Source: Cirrosporium novae-zelandiae (lineage: Eukaryota). Taken from it: a stretch of 64,000 nucleotides of DNA. The stretch is from positions 1 through 64,000 of the forward strand of contig JAPETS010000060.1 of the NCBI GenBank assembly GCA_026023565.1. The letters run 5' to 3'. This document shows positions 1 to 12,473 of this stretch, one piece after another (the first letter of the stretch is position 1; every line of letters starts with the position of its first letter). Under the pieces are notes generated by a model. That model saw nothing but the letters and a program-made list of their open reading frames with translations, had not been told where the DNA came from and made no database searches. Made by a program: the position numbers and the translations under genes.

Positions 1-312
1 GGGGGGGGGGGGAAGGTCGGGATAAATAATGATTATCTCAGTGATATGATATCCTTAGTTCAAGTGAATATGCTATTAAAGTAATTTCCTCCACCTTTGA
101 ATTTTTGAGGGGAAAAAGATTTGGTTCGAGTAAACAGGTCACATCAATATGCATAACATAATCTATCTAGTCTTTCGATGAAAGCGATAGCAAGAGCCTT
201 CATTGTTTATATGTATATTTGAGGCTAGATCAAGTATCTATATGGATACAGATTTGCTGCATGAATAGAATCCGTCAAGGTTCTATATGACTCTTGTTGT
301 TGAAGCTTTGCC

Positions 313-2247
313 TTACACTCGTTCAATTCTCTGCTCCTCAATCTCAGGGACCTTTTCAATATCTCCCCGAGAGTACGCCTCGGCAGTACTACCCGTACCA
401 GCCGTCAAGGCGGCACCTTTGCGACCAATGATATACCACGGCAAGCTGAATAGCTCATCCATACTTTCCAGAGACTTACCCGCCGTTTCTGGAAGGAAGA
501 ACCACATCCACAATAACCCCAAGAGAGTAACAGCAGAAAAGAACCAAAATGTTCCGGCGGGCTTAAGACCACCATCCGTCAACATCAAAGGTATAGCCTT
601 GCTGTTACCATATTGATTGACAAAATGAAAGCCCATTATTAGAGAGCTACCCAGAGCTCGAACCCGAAGTGGAAAGATTTCGGCGTTAATGAGATACTGG
701 ATCGAGTTCCAACCAAGCGCCCAGCCTGCGCCGCTAAAGTAAATCATTACAATAGCACCAGTGCCAGCGTGCTTAGCCGCACTTGAACTTACTTCGCCTT
801 CTTCAACTGATGGTACTGCTGTCAGATAGATAGCGATGTATAGGACTGAGATGAACTGTAAAGTGATGCCGTAACCCAGGGCACGTTTTCGTCCAAAAAA
901 GTCCACTAGAAATAGTGCACAAAGGAGTGAACAAACTAGCTTTACAACGCCAAGAATACATGTTGCAAATAACTTCTCGTTCTGTCCGGTTGTGCCTAGG
1001 AGGGAGAAAAACTCCGGAGCATATATAGTGATACTATTAGCCCCAGACCACTGGCCGAGAAGTTGCGACATGACGCCAATCATTATTCGATAGCGATTGG
1101 AAGGTATAACAACGAGTTCCTTGATCGTTCCAAACCACCCGGCGCCAAGGGTAGCCTCTCGTTCCTATTAAAAGATTGCATTAGAAGGCTTCGGGCTAGA
1201 TTGGCTTGGACGAGTCAACTTACTCTTTCAAGCTGATCCCGGATATCTGTAAGCTCAGTCTGGATGTACGGATGCTCAACAGGGAGTTGCCTAATTGTAG
1301 ACATGTTTTTCGCAGCTTCTTCATATTTGCCGACCTTGATGAGATAACGGGGAGATTGTTTGACTCCAAAAGATAGGAGGAGGATGATTCCGGCAAACAT
1401 CAAGTGCATCGTGTTAGGAATAATCTGCCGAGTATGAGCCATAAACCATGCTACTAGTATTTACCATGAACGACACCTACCCATTGATTGTCAGAGTCAT
1501 TACTCAAGTTTTTAGCAGAACCCCAACTAGCAAAATAGGCCAACATGATTCCAAGATAAACTGCCCCGGAAAAAACGCATATACACAGGCCCCGGATTGA
1601 TCTAGGGGAAATTTCCGCGAGATAAGTGGGCGCGACAACAGCTGTTTGGCCGATCCCAAGGCCAGCAATGAAGCGGCCTGCATAAACTTGACCAATCCTT
1701 CCGTTTGACTAAAAAATCATTAACTGTTACCACCGACTCTCAGCAGTGACATATGTATGAGTGACATACCGTTAAGAAGATCGTGATTCCAGCTATCCAA
1801 ACAAGACATAGTTGACGAGTCGCCCATACATGACCAATGCGATCACATAGTAGGAAAGCACTAAACAGCCATTAACAAGTTATCACTCGGGTCATTATGA
1901 AATGGGCATACATCAAAGCACCTCCGACACAGCCTATCTGAACCATAGCCGTAATATTTCCCTTAAGGTCTGCCTGCTCTGTTTCTGTGAGGCTAGGGTC
2001 ATTGAGGCCATATTTTTCGACGAATGATTTCTGCACGACGGTGCCTGAGATCAAGCCTTCATCAATACCTGCAAGTTGTTAGCTAAGGGTAATGGCGAAT
2101 CTAGGATGCTTGGGACGAGGCTATACCTCTAGCGCTTCCCATCAGTCCAAAGCAGAGGACAGCGAATCCAAGGCGCCAGTTTAGCGCCTCCTTCGGCGTG
2201 TCCTCAAGCTTCGTCTTGAAGATGTTCGTAGCAGTTCCTCCTCCCAT
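313..2247 (-). CDS. MFS sugar porter family transporter, quinate permease/sugar-acid transporter-like (multi-exon)
   Basis: Spliced by eye from ATG 2247: MGGGTATNIFKTKL...GSARG|IDEGLISG (GT-AG intron 2126-2069), then CDRIG, GRFIAGLGIG, PTYLAEISPRSIRG, VKQSPRYL, QWSGANSITIYAP, VDFFGRKR, AEIFPLRVR, PETAGKSLE. These are the canonical sugar-porter motifs. Confidence 0.93.
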
Positions 2248-2524
2248 GATGCAAGTTGACAAAGGATGTATTTTCTTCTAGACCTAAGAGTATGACATGC
2301 AACAAGGCACTGAAGATGCAGCTGGAAACGCCTGGACTCACTCGAGGCTGAAAAGAAATCTGGGAGGGACAAAGGCGCTTTTTATACTTGGGGTCAAGCC
2401 ATAGGAAGCACAAAGGTGGGCGAAAAATCCTATTAGACTGGCATTCCTCCCATAGTAACAATCGTCCAGCCGAATTTTTCTCACTCATCCTTGATCGCAT
2501 ACAATTCCTTCCAACAAGATATTA

Positions 2525-2975
2525 CTATTGTCCGGGGTCGCCCCAGCTCCATGCGGGGACTGATTGTGGAGTTGACAGGGATTGAAAATGCGGGGATGAT
2601 AAGATGTGGGGAGCGGACAATTGAACAAAAATGGAGTACATCGGCTGATACATTACCCGCCCCCCAGTTCGACCCCATGTCGTCGGCAGATTGCGCTTCA
2701 AATCCTAGTTGGAGGAAGGGTATAGAAGTATGCCAAGAAAATTATGCCGGAATTCAACGAGTTTTCTCCAGGGTTGAGAGGAAAGAAGGGAGAGAGACTG
2801 GTAAGCCGGGTAAGACGATTTCTCTGCATTATGTGGTGGAACCATATCTATCAGCCGGTAAATTTTAAACGCCCAAGACTTTCCGATGGCCGTATCTTGG
2901 CACGGCGGAGTGGCCGTTAATGGCTTACATTCCCGCAAATCTGTACCAGCCCAAGTTTCTGGGCGTGGGGAAACC
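2525..2975. promoter_or_regulatory. Upstream region of the MFS gene with clustered SYGGRG (CreA/Cre1-type) and CGG/CCG (Zn2Cys6-type) motifs
   Basis: Several GCGGGG/GTGGGG/GTGGAG/CCCCAG hexamers between about 2540 and 2670 and near 2965, plus GCCGG half-sites near 2746, 2804 and 2853. The motifs are short, so function is inferred. Confidence 0.35.
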
Positions 2976-3647
2976 TTTTGATCATCCCTCCCCTTTGGGT
3001 AATTACGGAAAAGTAACACTCAATCAGGTCGAGTTAGATATAGATTTGATATTTTTGCAAACCCTCGGTACCTCTTAATCCGGCTAATGAAGCCAGAATG
3101 CTCCACAATCGTCGCCATGTCGCTATCCATAAGACCGACACGAATTTGTTTGCAGGGCCCTCGATGTCAAGTCAGCTACGTAGGGTATAACTAGTGTTGA
3201 TCTAGAGCTCATAGTCATAGAACTACTGTCGAAAGTAGTCAATCAGAAATTAGGATTGCACTTTCACCCACCCGCAATCATATAAGTCATTGGCGGGCGT
3301 TAAAAACAACAATACTCACCTTCAAAGGCCTTCATACAAAATAATATTTTGATCAAAGTTCACGTTGTACCTAGGTATCTAGTTATACCTTTCCGTTCGA
3401 GCAGTTCAATGGACCTCCAGGTAGTACAAACGACTGGTAGATTCGTTTATTGAAATAATAATGGTCTAGCATTTTATTGAGCATACCTTCCTAGCTTCTG
3501 CTCTTCAAATCTCTGGCTGTCTCATTCAGCACCGCTATAACGATAATGTCGTTGAATATACACGAGCCGAGGGGAACGAGAAATTGGAACCACCGTTAGA
3601 GGTTTAAGCAACTGTTGCCAAGAGATAGATGTAAAGTTTAGCGTAAT

Positions 3648-4733
3648 TTAGAGTGAAATGACAATCTTGTCGACTCCTACGGCTAATGCTTCCTTGTTTA
3701 AAGCTTCTATCTCGGCCTGTACATACGGGATTCCGGTTTTTAGTCGTTCTTCCTTTGTTAGCTGTTCAATTTCACCAGGGAAGTATATCCGGTCTATGCC
3801 AGCCATCTTGTCAGAACCGATTACCCGTTGATATAGATAGTCCATACGTTCTTTAAAGTCTTCTAAACTCATAAAAAGGTTTGGCCTGATAGCAATAAGG
3901 AAATGTCCAACATCAGCGGCCTTGGAAGGGTCGTAAGGATTCGTGACATGGCCAGCAAACGCGGAGCCAGATAGCACCCCGGAAAATACATCCATCATTA
4001 CCGACAGTGCTGAACCCTTAGGCCCACCCATAGGAAGCATGACACCCTGTAGAGCTGCGCCGGGGTCATCTGTAGGCTGGCCATCAGCATCGAGGGCCCA
4101 ATCCTTTGGAATTTTTTCTCCTCGGCGATATGCCTTGTAAATCTTTCCTCTTGCTGCAATTGAGGGTGCCATGTCTAGAATAAAGGGCTTCTCCTTGCCA
4201 CCTGGCGCACCACATGCAAGTGGGGATACGCCCATGAGCTTAGATCGTCCTCCCCAGACAGGCAGAGCTGGTGAAGAGTTGGTGAATACTAAGCTCATCA
4301 TGCCAGCATCAATGGCTTGCTGCACCACCCACGCAGACATACCGAAATGGTTTGAGTGTTTGATAGAGACCATGCCGATCCCAAACCCTTGAGCCATCTG
4401 GATCGCACAATCCATACCTTTGTGTGCTGCTAGAAAGCCAAAACCATTATGCCCATCGACTTGCGCAACAACAGGCGTCACTTTGTTCAATGTCGGCGAC
4501 GCTTTGGGGTCCAAGACTCCCTGTCGGATTCGTGCCATGTAGGAGGGGATCCGATTGATCCCATGTGTGTCGATACCACGGAGGTCGGCTTGCACAAGGC
4601 AGTTTGCGACAATCCTAGCATTCTCTCTGGGGACGCCATTGCCGACGAGAACAGACTGGACGAAAGTGTGTGCATCATTTGCATTGACAGAGAGCTTCTC
4701 CACTGGAACTTGTGAATCAGAAGGGGTAGACAT
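3648..4733 (-). CDS. Ldh_2 family (type 2 malate/L-lactate/sulfolactate/ureidoglycolate dehydrogenase-like) oxidoreductase, single exon
   Basis: 361-aa ORF with ADLRGIDTHG, VDGHNGFG, SNHFG, LDMAPS, LPMGGPKGSAL, GHFLIAI and PGEIE, all Ldh_2 signature motifs. Confidence 0.92.
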   Translation of the reverse strand: MSTPSDSQVPVEKLSVNANDAHTFVQSVLVGNGVPRENARIVANCLVQADLRGIDTHGINRIPSYMARIRQGVLDPKASPTLNKVTPVVAQVDGHNGFGFLAAHKGMDCAIQMAQGFGIGMVSIKHSNHFGMSAWVVQQAIDAGMMSLVFTNSSPALPVWGGRSKLMGVSPLACGAPGGKEKPFILDMAPSIAARGKIYKAYRRGEKIPKDWALDADGQPTDDPGAALQGVMLPMGGPKGSALSVMMDVFSGVLSGSAFAGHVTNPYDPSKAADVGHFLIAIRPNLFMSLEDFKERMDYLYQRVIGSDKMAGIDRIYFPGEIEQLTKEERLKTGIPYVQAEIEALNKEALAVGVDKIVISL

Positions 4734-5085
4734 CGCTAAAGGATAAATTTATTAATGAGGTGCTGAGCTGTTGTCCCAGTAACGCAATTTCAATTGTAAA
4801 TAAGTTGTTTCAGTCTTTTTTACATTTATGACAAATAACTTTCTTTCCTTATCCGTCTATATAATATACCTAGGTAGTCTAATATAGTAATTAGATATTA
4901 CCAACAAGTCAGCGGACCTCGGGTCAAGAGCTGCCGATTGCATGCCTGTGTTTGTCCACTGTGTCCTACTCGAGTAATTAGATTTGGCCACTCTGACCTT
5001 GCAAGGATTGTCATGGTTTTATTTTAACTTTGTTCCTTCCTTGGCGTCATGGGTCCCTCTCTATAAAGTCATAACTTTGTCTGAT

Positions 5086-5122
5086 CACAGAGTATACAGA
5101 GTACACAGAGTACACAGAGCAC
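5086..5122. repeat. Short tandem repeat (ACAGAGTAC-like, about 4 copies)
   Basis: cacagagtatacagagtacacagagtacacagagcac read directly. Confidence 0.8.
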
Positions 5123-5915
5123 AGAGCTACAGCATAAAGATAACGTTTTCGTACAAATGCCATAATAGCGATAATCATAAAGCGACGACGCCATCTCTCA
5201 ATCCACCTTGACAGCTCAAGATAAAAAATTCCCTGGTTGATTGTCGATTCAAATTTGCTCTTCTTTCGTTACATGTATACCTAGAAACCAGCAATCCTCT
5301 CAATTCTTTGAGAGCAGTATTCATGACAGTGACTTGACTGGGGTTTCCGGTCCAATTCAACTGGAGAGATTTGCATAGACTCTAAATTTCCGCACATAAG
5401 AGCAAAAAGAGCTGCATAGTTAAGATGAATCCTACTCCATAGGATCTTAAGGCCGCCATGCTTAGTTTTCCAATTTACTTTGTACTAAAGCAAGAACATC
5501 GCAGATAGGCATGATTAGTTCCAAATCTTCATATCCCTCTCTCCATTTATGCTTCCTACCTTCGTATATATATTTACTTTCCGCCACAATCATAGAGGTC
5601 AGCAGACAGGTGGAGGTGGGGCGGGATTATTCCGTTAATATTCCCCTCAACCCTTCACTGCCCTCGGAAGGATTTCCTCCTCCCTCCTTGGCAATGGTTG
5701 AAATTAATACAACCTATCCAGGACATGTGAGCCTGAGTACATTTCTCCCATCTAAGCCCCCATAACGCTGTTTTCACAATCCAGCTTCCCCTTGCTTCAG
5801 ATCTCATAAATTCAGGCAATGGACATCAGTGGCTGCCGTTTGATGATGGGGTTCCAGTGTACTATGCTGGCTCAACCTTATCCCTTGTTCTTCATTCTTC
5901 GATATGAACAGACAT

Positions 5916-7575
5916 TTAGCAATGCTCATGGGCTTCTATGATTTGGTCCATACTGCCGGTTCTCATACTTCTCTCATCGGCCTCCTGGTTTTGACCCTGA
6001 TTGGAATTGATATAATCCATCTCGTAAGTCTGCAGTGTTGGGAGATCGATTCCATCCAAGTCAGGCATAGGTCGTCCAGAAGAACTATTTGTAGAATAAA
6101 TTTCGTTTAATGTGCTATACTGTTTTGAGTAATTTTTGGGATCGTAGGAAAGAGAGTTGGCTGGGATGGTGGTGCCGGAAAGTTCAGGAACGCGATTCTT
6201 GGGTGGACAACGCCGGCCAACAACATCGACGGTGGTAACCCAATGAAAGACTATGACGGTAAAGAGGACTGCAGGGTCGCATTAGTATCGGATTCATTCC
6301 TGATACAAAGACAGCGCATGCAGGGAACCTACTATCAGAATTGCAGGATGTCAGGCAGATCCAGCCAGGCTCGCCGTTGAGGATAATCAGAACGGTTATA
6401 TTTACAATACTAGAGAGGAGAGAGCCACAGCAGCCCCAGAAAGTTCGGAAAGCGACGGTACGAAGAGCTTCGGTCATAGGTACCACATCTTTTCTAGACG
6501 AGTAGCTTTCTAGGGGACAGGTCAGCAGGAGTCTGTGAAACTTGCCAGTATATTTGTAATAATTGGAGAGAAAATTGGAGAGGATTACTTACTAATGAGT
6601 GGAATAAGGAAAAGGATCGTCAGATATACGTTAAGCAAGACGTCGAATGAAAGCAATGGTATGATGGCAATGCGTTCCATGCCAATAATGCATGTCCCGC
6701 TATCATCGATGAACGCGAATCGGCTATCGAGAGATCAGCATATACTCTGTCAATAATGTTGATGGGTTATAATATTGAGCCATGATCGATAACAAGGGGT
6801 GAGTGGACTGTGGTGACGGGGTAACCTCTCATAACCCTGTTTTACTAAATGCGCTTAGATCATTCCAACATTATTTTAGAAGCTCAAGCCACTCCATCGC
6901 TCAGTGCTGGACAGTTCCCATCACAACACCTAGGCATGATAATTGATCATAACTTGAAAAAATATACAAGATTGTTCAAACAGAAGGGGTACTTACAAAT
7001 AGAAGTTCAATACAATAACGACAAGAAAAGGGCATATGACTCCGAAGAAATTGAATAGCCAGAGCTTGTCTTTTAAACGTGGGACACGGCTGGCGCGTAC
7101 AACATACTAGATAGAAAATTAGTAAACTTCACTTCTACGGTGCAAGAGATTCCTCACTGACAGCCTTTTCAACTAGCAAGTAATAAACAATAACTTTGGT
7201 TGACAAGTAACACAACAAGCAAAGTAGGATCGCTGCATCACACAGAGACCTAGATTCATTTATGTTGAGTGCCTTGGATAGCAGTGCGGATATCAAGATA
7301 AATAATAGAGAGTCAACGTAGATGGCAATAGCCATCCAATATCCCAACGGAAGCTGCCTCCATTTCGACTTCCGAACTGTTGATATGCGACGAGTCAGAA
7401 ATAGGGCCAAGATGCCAATTGTTAACAAGTTCAAGATGAGACCACTGATCTGGCCAATCATAGGAACTTTGGCAGGTTTGGTATTGGGACCGGCATGTGC
7501 ATTGTTGAAGTTGCCTACTGCTGAGGAGAGTCGCCGGGAGATGGAGTCCATGTCGAGAGATGGGATAGCAGGCAT
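5916..7575 (-). CDS. Conserved fungal multi-pass (about 7TM, GPCR-like) membrane protein, multi-exon
   Basis: Exons join to ...CDAAILLCLLCYLSTKVIVYYLLVEKA|..VRASRVPRLKDKLWLFN..|..DDSGTCIIGMER..FDVLLNVYLTILFLIPL|..LRTVAFRTFWG..GEPGWICLTSCNSD|ILFTVIVFHWVT... The last exon (6268 downward) is in frame to TAA at 5918-5916. Confidence 0.8.
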
Positions 7576-8083
7576 TAGGAAATTGGAGTCTATTGGGTTA
7601 GAAGATGATGCCTGGGTTGCTATATATTAATGAGGTCCAATGGAATGGATAACATAACGAGTGATTGGAGCACCTTCACACAGTTGAGAGGAGCCCACTA
7701 GATTTTATAGATACAGGCCAGTGAATAAGCAGAAATGGAGAAAGTCTTAACTCAGAAAAACAGTGGGAGAAGGCGAATGGCGATTGGTTACCATCATCAG
7801 CTTTATGCAACATGTTATCATGTATCTTGGATTCTTGGGGGTCACTGGGGTCAAGGGATGGGGATCGGATATTAGTGCCTTCTCCAGAAAACTTTGAGAT
7901 GAGCAATGAGTTTAAGTGCCTGGAGAACCTAAAAGCTGACTAAATCGTAGATCAATGGTTGGCGTATGCATTTGAAGCCATTCACATTTCAAGAGGGATG
8001 GAGGAGGTGGCACTTGGGGGTCCATCAAAGTTCAGATTATGGTTGGACCTTTGATTTTGGGAATCTCGGAGGTATTCAGGGAT

Positions 8084-8112
8084 GAATGAATGAATGAATG
8101 AATGAATGAATG
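8084..8112. repeat. (GAAT)n microsatellite
   Basis: About 7 perfect GAAT units. Confidence 0.9.
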
Positions 8113-9579
8113 ATGTTGACAATGTCGAGGTAGATGGATCTGAATGAAGAGGTCTAATCAATAGTCTACGGTGGTGGATATTTATCCGGGGAATTCCTTA
8201 TGTATTTAATGGATTAATGATAATAATGCCAGTGCACGATAACTTAATTTGAATACTGTGGGTATCATTGCCACCTTTTCTCCACTTGATCTACTGGGAC
8301 TATCCATAAGCGAATCAAGTTGAAGACTGTAAGCAAATACTCGAGTACTGATCCACACGTGCCGCCTTCCCCATCGCGCTACCCCACGGTGCACGGTGCC
8401 AAACAAATATTCATCGGCCCAAATCTTGTCCGACTCCGACTATTCGGTTACTCCAATACATAGTACATACTCGAGTACCATAGTAGATCAGGTTTCAAGG
8501 CAAAATAACCGAAACCGACTTGTACAACAGACAGTAAGAAATAATAAATATAATATGAAACATCATCAGATGAAAATATTAATCTTCTTTGTTATGTACA
8601 GCTTGGCTTCAATGCTTGGAATCATACGATACAATTCCTCTTAAACGACGTTGAATAGGGGAGGGGCCACATCCTAACCCAAGCGTGCTAATAAGATACA
8701 GCCCAGGGGAATATGTCATTTTGGCTTTGGGGGCCAAGCCATACTCCACCCTCCCCATTCTCCAGCCAGTCAATGACAATCTTTGATTTCTATCCTCCAT
8801 CATCCATACAAACCCACACGCCTCCACTGTTGATATCTTCAATGCCGTCTGTCCTACAGCTGTCAACCTCTCCACCATTAAGCTTTTCCCTGCGCAATGG
8901 ACAGGGGAAACTCCGACATCCGCATTGCCGTCTACACCTAGGTGACTTGTCTCACGGTATCCTCTTGAGTAATCTGACATCTACTCTCTCACCTATTAGG
9001 ATACCCTCTTCGGCCTAGTTACCTTCATTCGCCTTTTCCTTCTAGCTAACTCTGTCATCTTAGAAACTCTGCCTTTCTAACGAGTCTTTTCTCCCAGACT
9101 CGTAACATTTGAACCTCCAAAAAGCCCTACTTGTAGCTCTTGGTCAATATTATCAACCAATCTCTCCCACCCGATAAACCTACCCCGACCCAAGCTATTC
9201 TTCTTTAACGTGCACGGCCCGATACATTTCCTCCTTTAGCCTGGCTCCTGGCTCCTTCGAGTCAGCCTCATACGACTCACGACCCCAACCTCAACTATTC
9301 CGTTATTAATCTCGTTGTATTCTAATAATCATACAAAGTAGCTGCGAAGAAAAGGAGGAATCTAAGGCTGGCTGAGACATGCAAGTATTGGCTTGGATTT
9401 GAATTAAAGCCCATCCCTTGGAATAACCAAGGGGTGACGGAAACTGTTACCTATTTCAATTGCCAGTTCCTTTCTGGATGTTTGTACCTCAAATATGCAT
9501 ATTCCATCTATGGATTATTTCATAATCTCGTCTTCACCTCACAAAGATGAAAATTCCCATCTACCAACAATGGCAATAT

Positions 9580-11386
9580 TTAATTGGTCAAGATACCTAT
9601 CGCCTTGTGCGCATACTTGGTGATACCTTTCCTTGGGTTCGATTCCGTGTCGACATGGTCAACATAGAACCTCCGTCCAGAGTCAAGATTGATCTTGCTC
9701 ACATCCTGCCACCATGGCCCACGATAATACGCTCTGGCTCCTAGGTAGATTATCAGAATAGCAATGACGGAAACATAGTTGGCAAAAAAGGTCTCTGCAG
9801 AACTGGGTTCACCCAACGGCCATATGGCGAGATAGAACTCGACAATAATCAAGACTATGCACCAGATAAGCCCCCACCAGGCAGCGTAAGGCCAAGTCCA
9901 TGATCTCCACGGAAGTTCTTCTGGGGAGCGACCTTGGACCTTCCACGCATAGCGGAAACGAATATGCGACAAACAAATCATTCCCCAGCCGAACAAAGTG
10001 AAGAGAGAGGTGAGGTTAGAGAACCAACCGAAGACTTCGGCACCGCTATTAGAAACGTTGAGATACGAGAGACCTCCACCGAGGAGCAAGGTGCAGATAA
10101 GTCCGTACCAAGGACGGCCAGCCTTGTCGGCGTGCATGAATTGCTATAAGTGGAGGGATGTCAGTACATAAAGGGAAAGGTAGCAAGGCAAATGCTAACC
10201 TTCGGAGCCATGCCAATATGAGCTAAACCCATGGTAGTACGTGAACCACCATATCCTGAAATACTTCCCGTCGATACCACCGAAATAAAGATGACAGCAT
10301 TCATCATGTGTGCAAGAGGAGCGAGGTCGGCATTGCGGTAGGCAATCACAAACGGAGAAGCGTTTGTACCCGAGGCACCAAAAAGATCTGGATCTTCGGG
10401 TGAGACACAGATAGTGACCATCAGGGAACCCATGAGATAGAAAAGCGACAGTCGTAGCCATATTGACCCAACGGCTCGAGGCACCGACTTCTTGGGATTT
10501 CCCGTCTCTGCGGCCACCAGGCCCGAGTTTTCAGATCCAGACATAGCAAAGATACAGGTTGGCATGACAGTTAGAAACCCCTTGAAACCGTTGGTGAAAG
10601 GTTCCGAGTTCCAGTACCGGAAGCCAATCGCGCCATGACCGGGTGCACCACCAGCAGAGACGACTATTGACCAAGATCAGTATCTGGTAGACCCATTTTT
10701 GATCAGGATATACTTTACCGATACAGGAGATGATAACCACAAAGATCCAACCGAACTTAATTGACGAGCAGATTACTTCAATCTCAGCAAAGAATGTCAC
10801 GACTCCCACGTTGACAACAATAATAACGACCCAGAAAATCGTCAGCCAGGCAGCGGTTGGAACTGCATCAGTCCAAAAGCTCAAGACGGTAACGACACCC
10901 TGCAATAGTCATGCTTATCGTTAGACCCAGTCGCTTATATCGATAAAAAAATAATAATATTCTAACCTGAAGCTCATTGGCAATGGTAATGCAGTATGAG
11001 AGCCAGTAGGCCCATCCCAGCGCAAAGGCAGCTGAAGGGCAGACAAACTTGCTGGTCCACTGGACAAAGGCAGATGGAAGAGGGTACATGACAGCCATTT
11101 CTCCAATTGAGTGGCTAACAGACCAGATCATGGAACCAGCAAGCACGTATCCCAAGAAGATTCCAGCCGGACCACCATTGGTTAGGGATGTGCCTGAACC
11201 AAGCCATAGGCCCATCCCAATTGAGGAACCCAGTGCAATCATTGTCAGGTGACGCGTACCAAGTAGACGGTGGAGTTCAGTATCGGCTCCATGATCTTCG
11301 ACATGGAGATCGTCGCCTCCTGCTTGGAGCTGGGTTGCCTTCTCATTGCCCTCTTCGAACGAAGGTGGGGTGTCAGCAGTTGCCAT
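9580..11386 (-). CDS. Amino acid permease (APC superfamily, YAT family), multi-exon
   Basis: RHLTMIALGSSIGMGLWLGSG, GEMAVMYP, FALGWAYW, EIEVICSSIK, GSENSGLVAAETGNPKKSVPRA, SPFVIA, DKAGRPW, SHIRFRYAWKVQGRS, FFANY. Confidence 0.95.
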
Positions 11387-12473
11387 ATCTTTATATTCAG
11401 ATTTGACAGCAATTGATAGATGAACCGATCATGGAATATAAATGAATACGTGGTGAATGTTGTTCCCTTTACAGGAGTGTAAGCTAAAAGCAAATGAAGA
11501 GGACAACGCAGGCCTAGGACCTGAGCACGTAGATGGAGTTTCAGAGGCGATATAAGGGCAGAGACGGGGATTGCGATTCATATGCAATATATCAATGGCC
11601 AATGTGGTTGCATTCGCTAATCAAAACGCCTATCACGACACAAGAAAAGCCAAGAGATAAGGGATGGCTATGCAATATCTCAAAGTGAACCCAAGAATCT
11701 TGGGATGCATCAACGCCTATCAATCGAACCATGTAGTCGTCGCCCGGGCATTGCAAAATAATCTTGGCCATCGTATGTCAAGTTGAGGGATGGCCATGTA
11801 TTGGGAATATGCCAACACTGGACTGGCGGATGGCCAAAACGAGGTTGGCATCAATGAGCAACATTTTATCGGTGCAGGGGATGGACTCTTTAGAATGGCA
11901 GGTGTGTAGGGGAGGGCCGCAACTCGTAGCTATGATCAACATCAAGAGCGAGCATGAGGGGATAATGATGAATTGATAAATCTTGGAATCGAGATTCGAG
12001 ATAAAACCCAATGTAACGGAATGATATCCTTAGTATCGGGAATACTTATCCGGGTACCACAACGAGTACAGATAATTAGATTAGATTTGGGTTAGATCTG
12101 ATAGGTGAACGGTTCCTAAGTACCCGTCTCTCGGTGAATTCAATTTCTCGTTGGCATCTTCCTGACCATGACCAGACTCACAGTTAAAGTTGAGCCTTTG
12201 CCAAAGATTGAGAGCTGGGATCGTCAATTAATTATGGAGTTCCAACCCAAGCGTAGCATCTGGCATGAGGCTGGTATTTCTGGTACTGGAGCTCACCAAA
12301 GGATCAGTCCGCCTTGGAATAAAATTGCTGCCTTGCGAAGCGAAGGAAGATGGTGGGACTTGACACTAAGAGAGAAGAAAAAAGCATGCAAAGGTCATTA
12401 TTTATATACCTGAGGTGCAGCACCTCCTGAGCATCTAGGACGGAAAACATAGACAAAATTTCAATGCTGCAAC

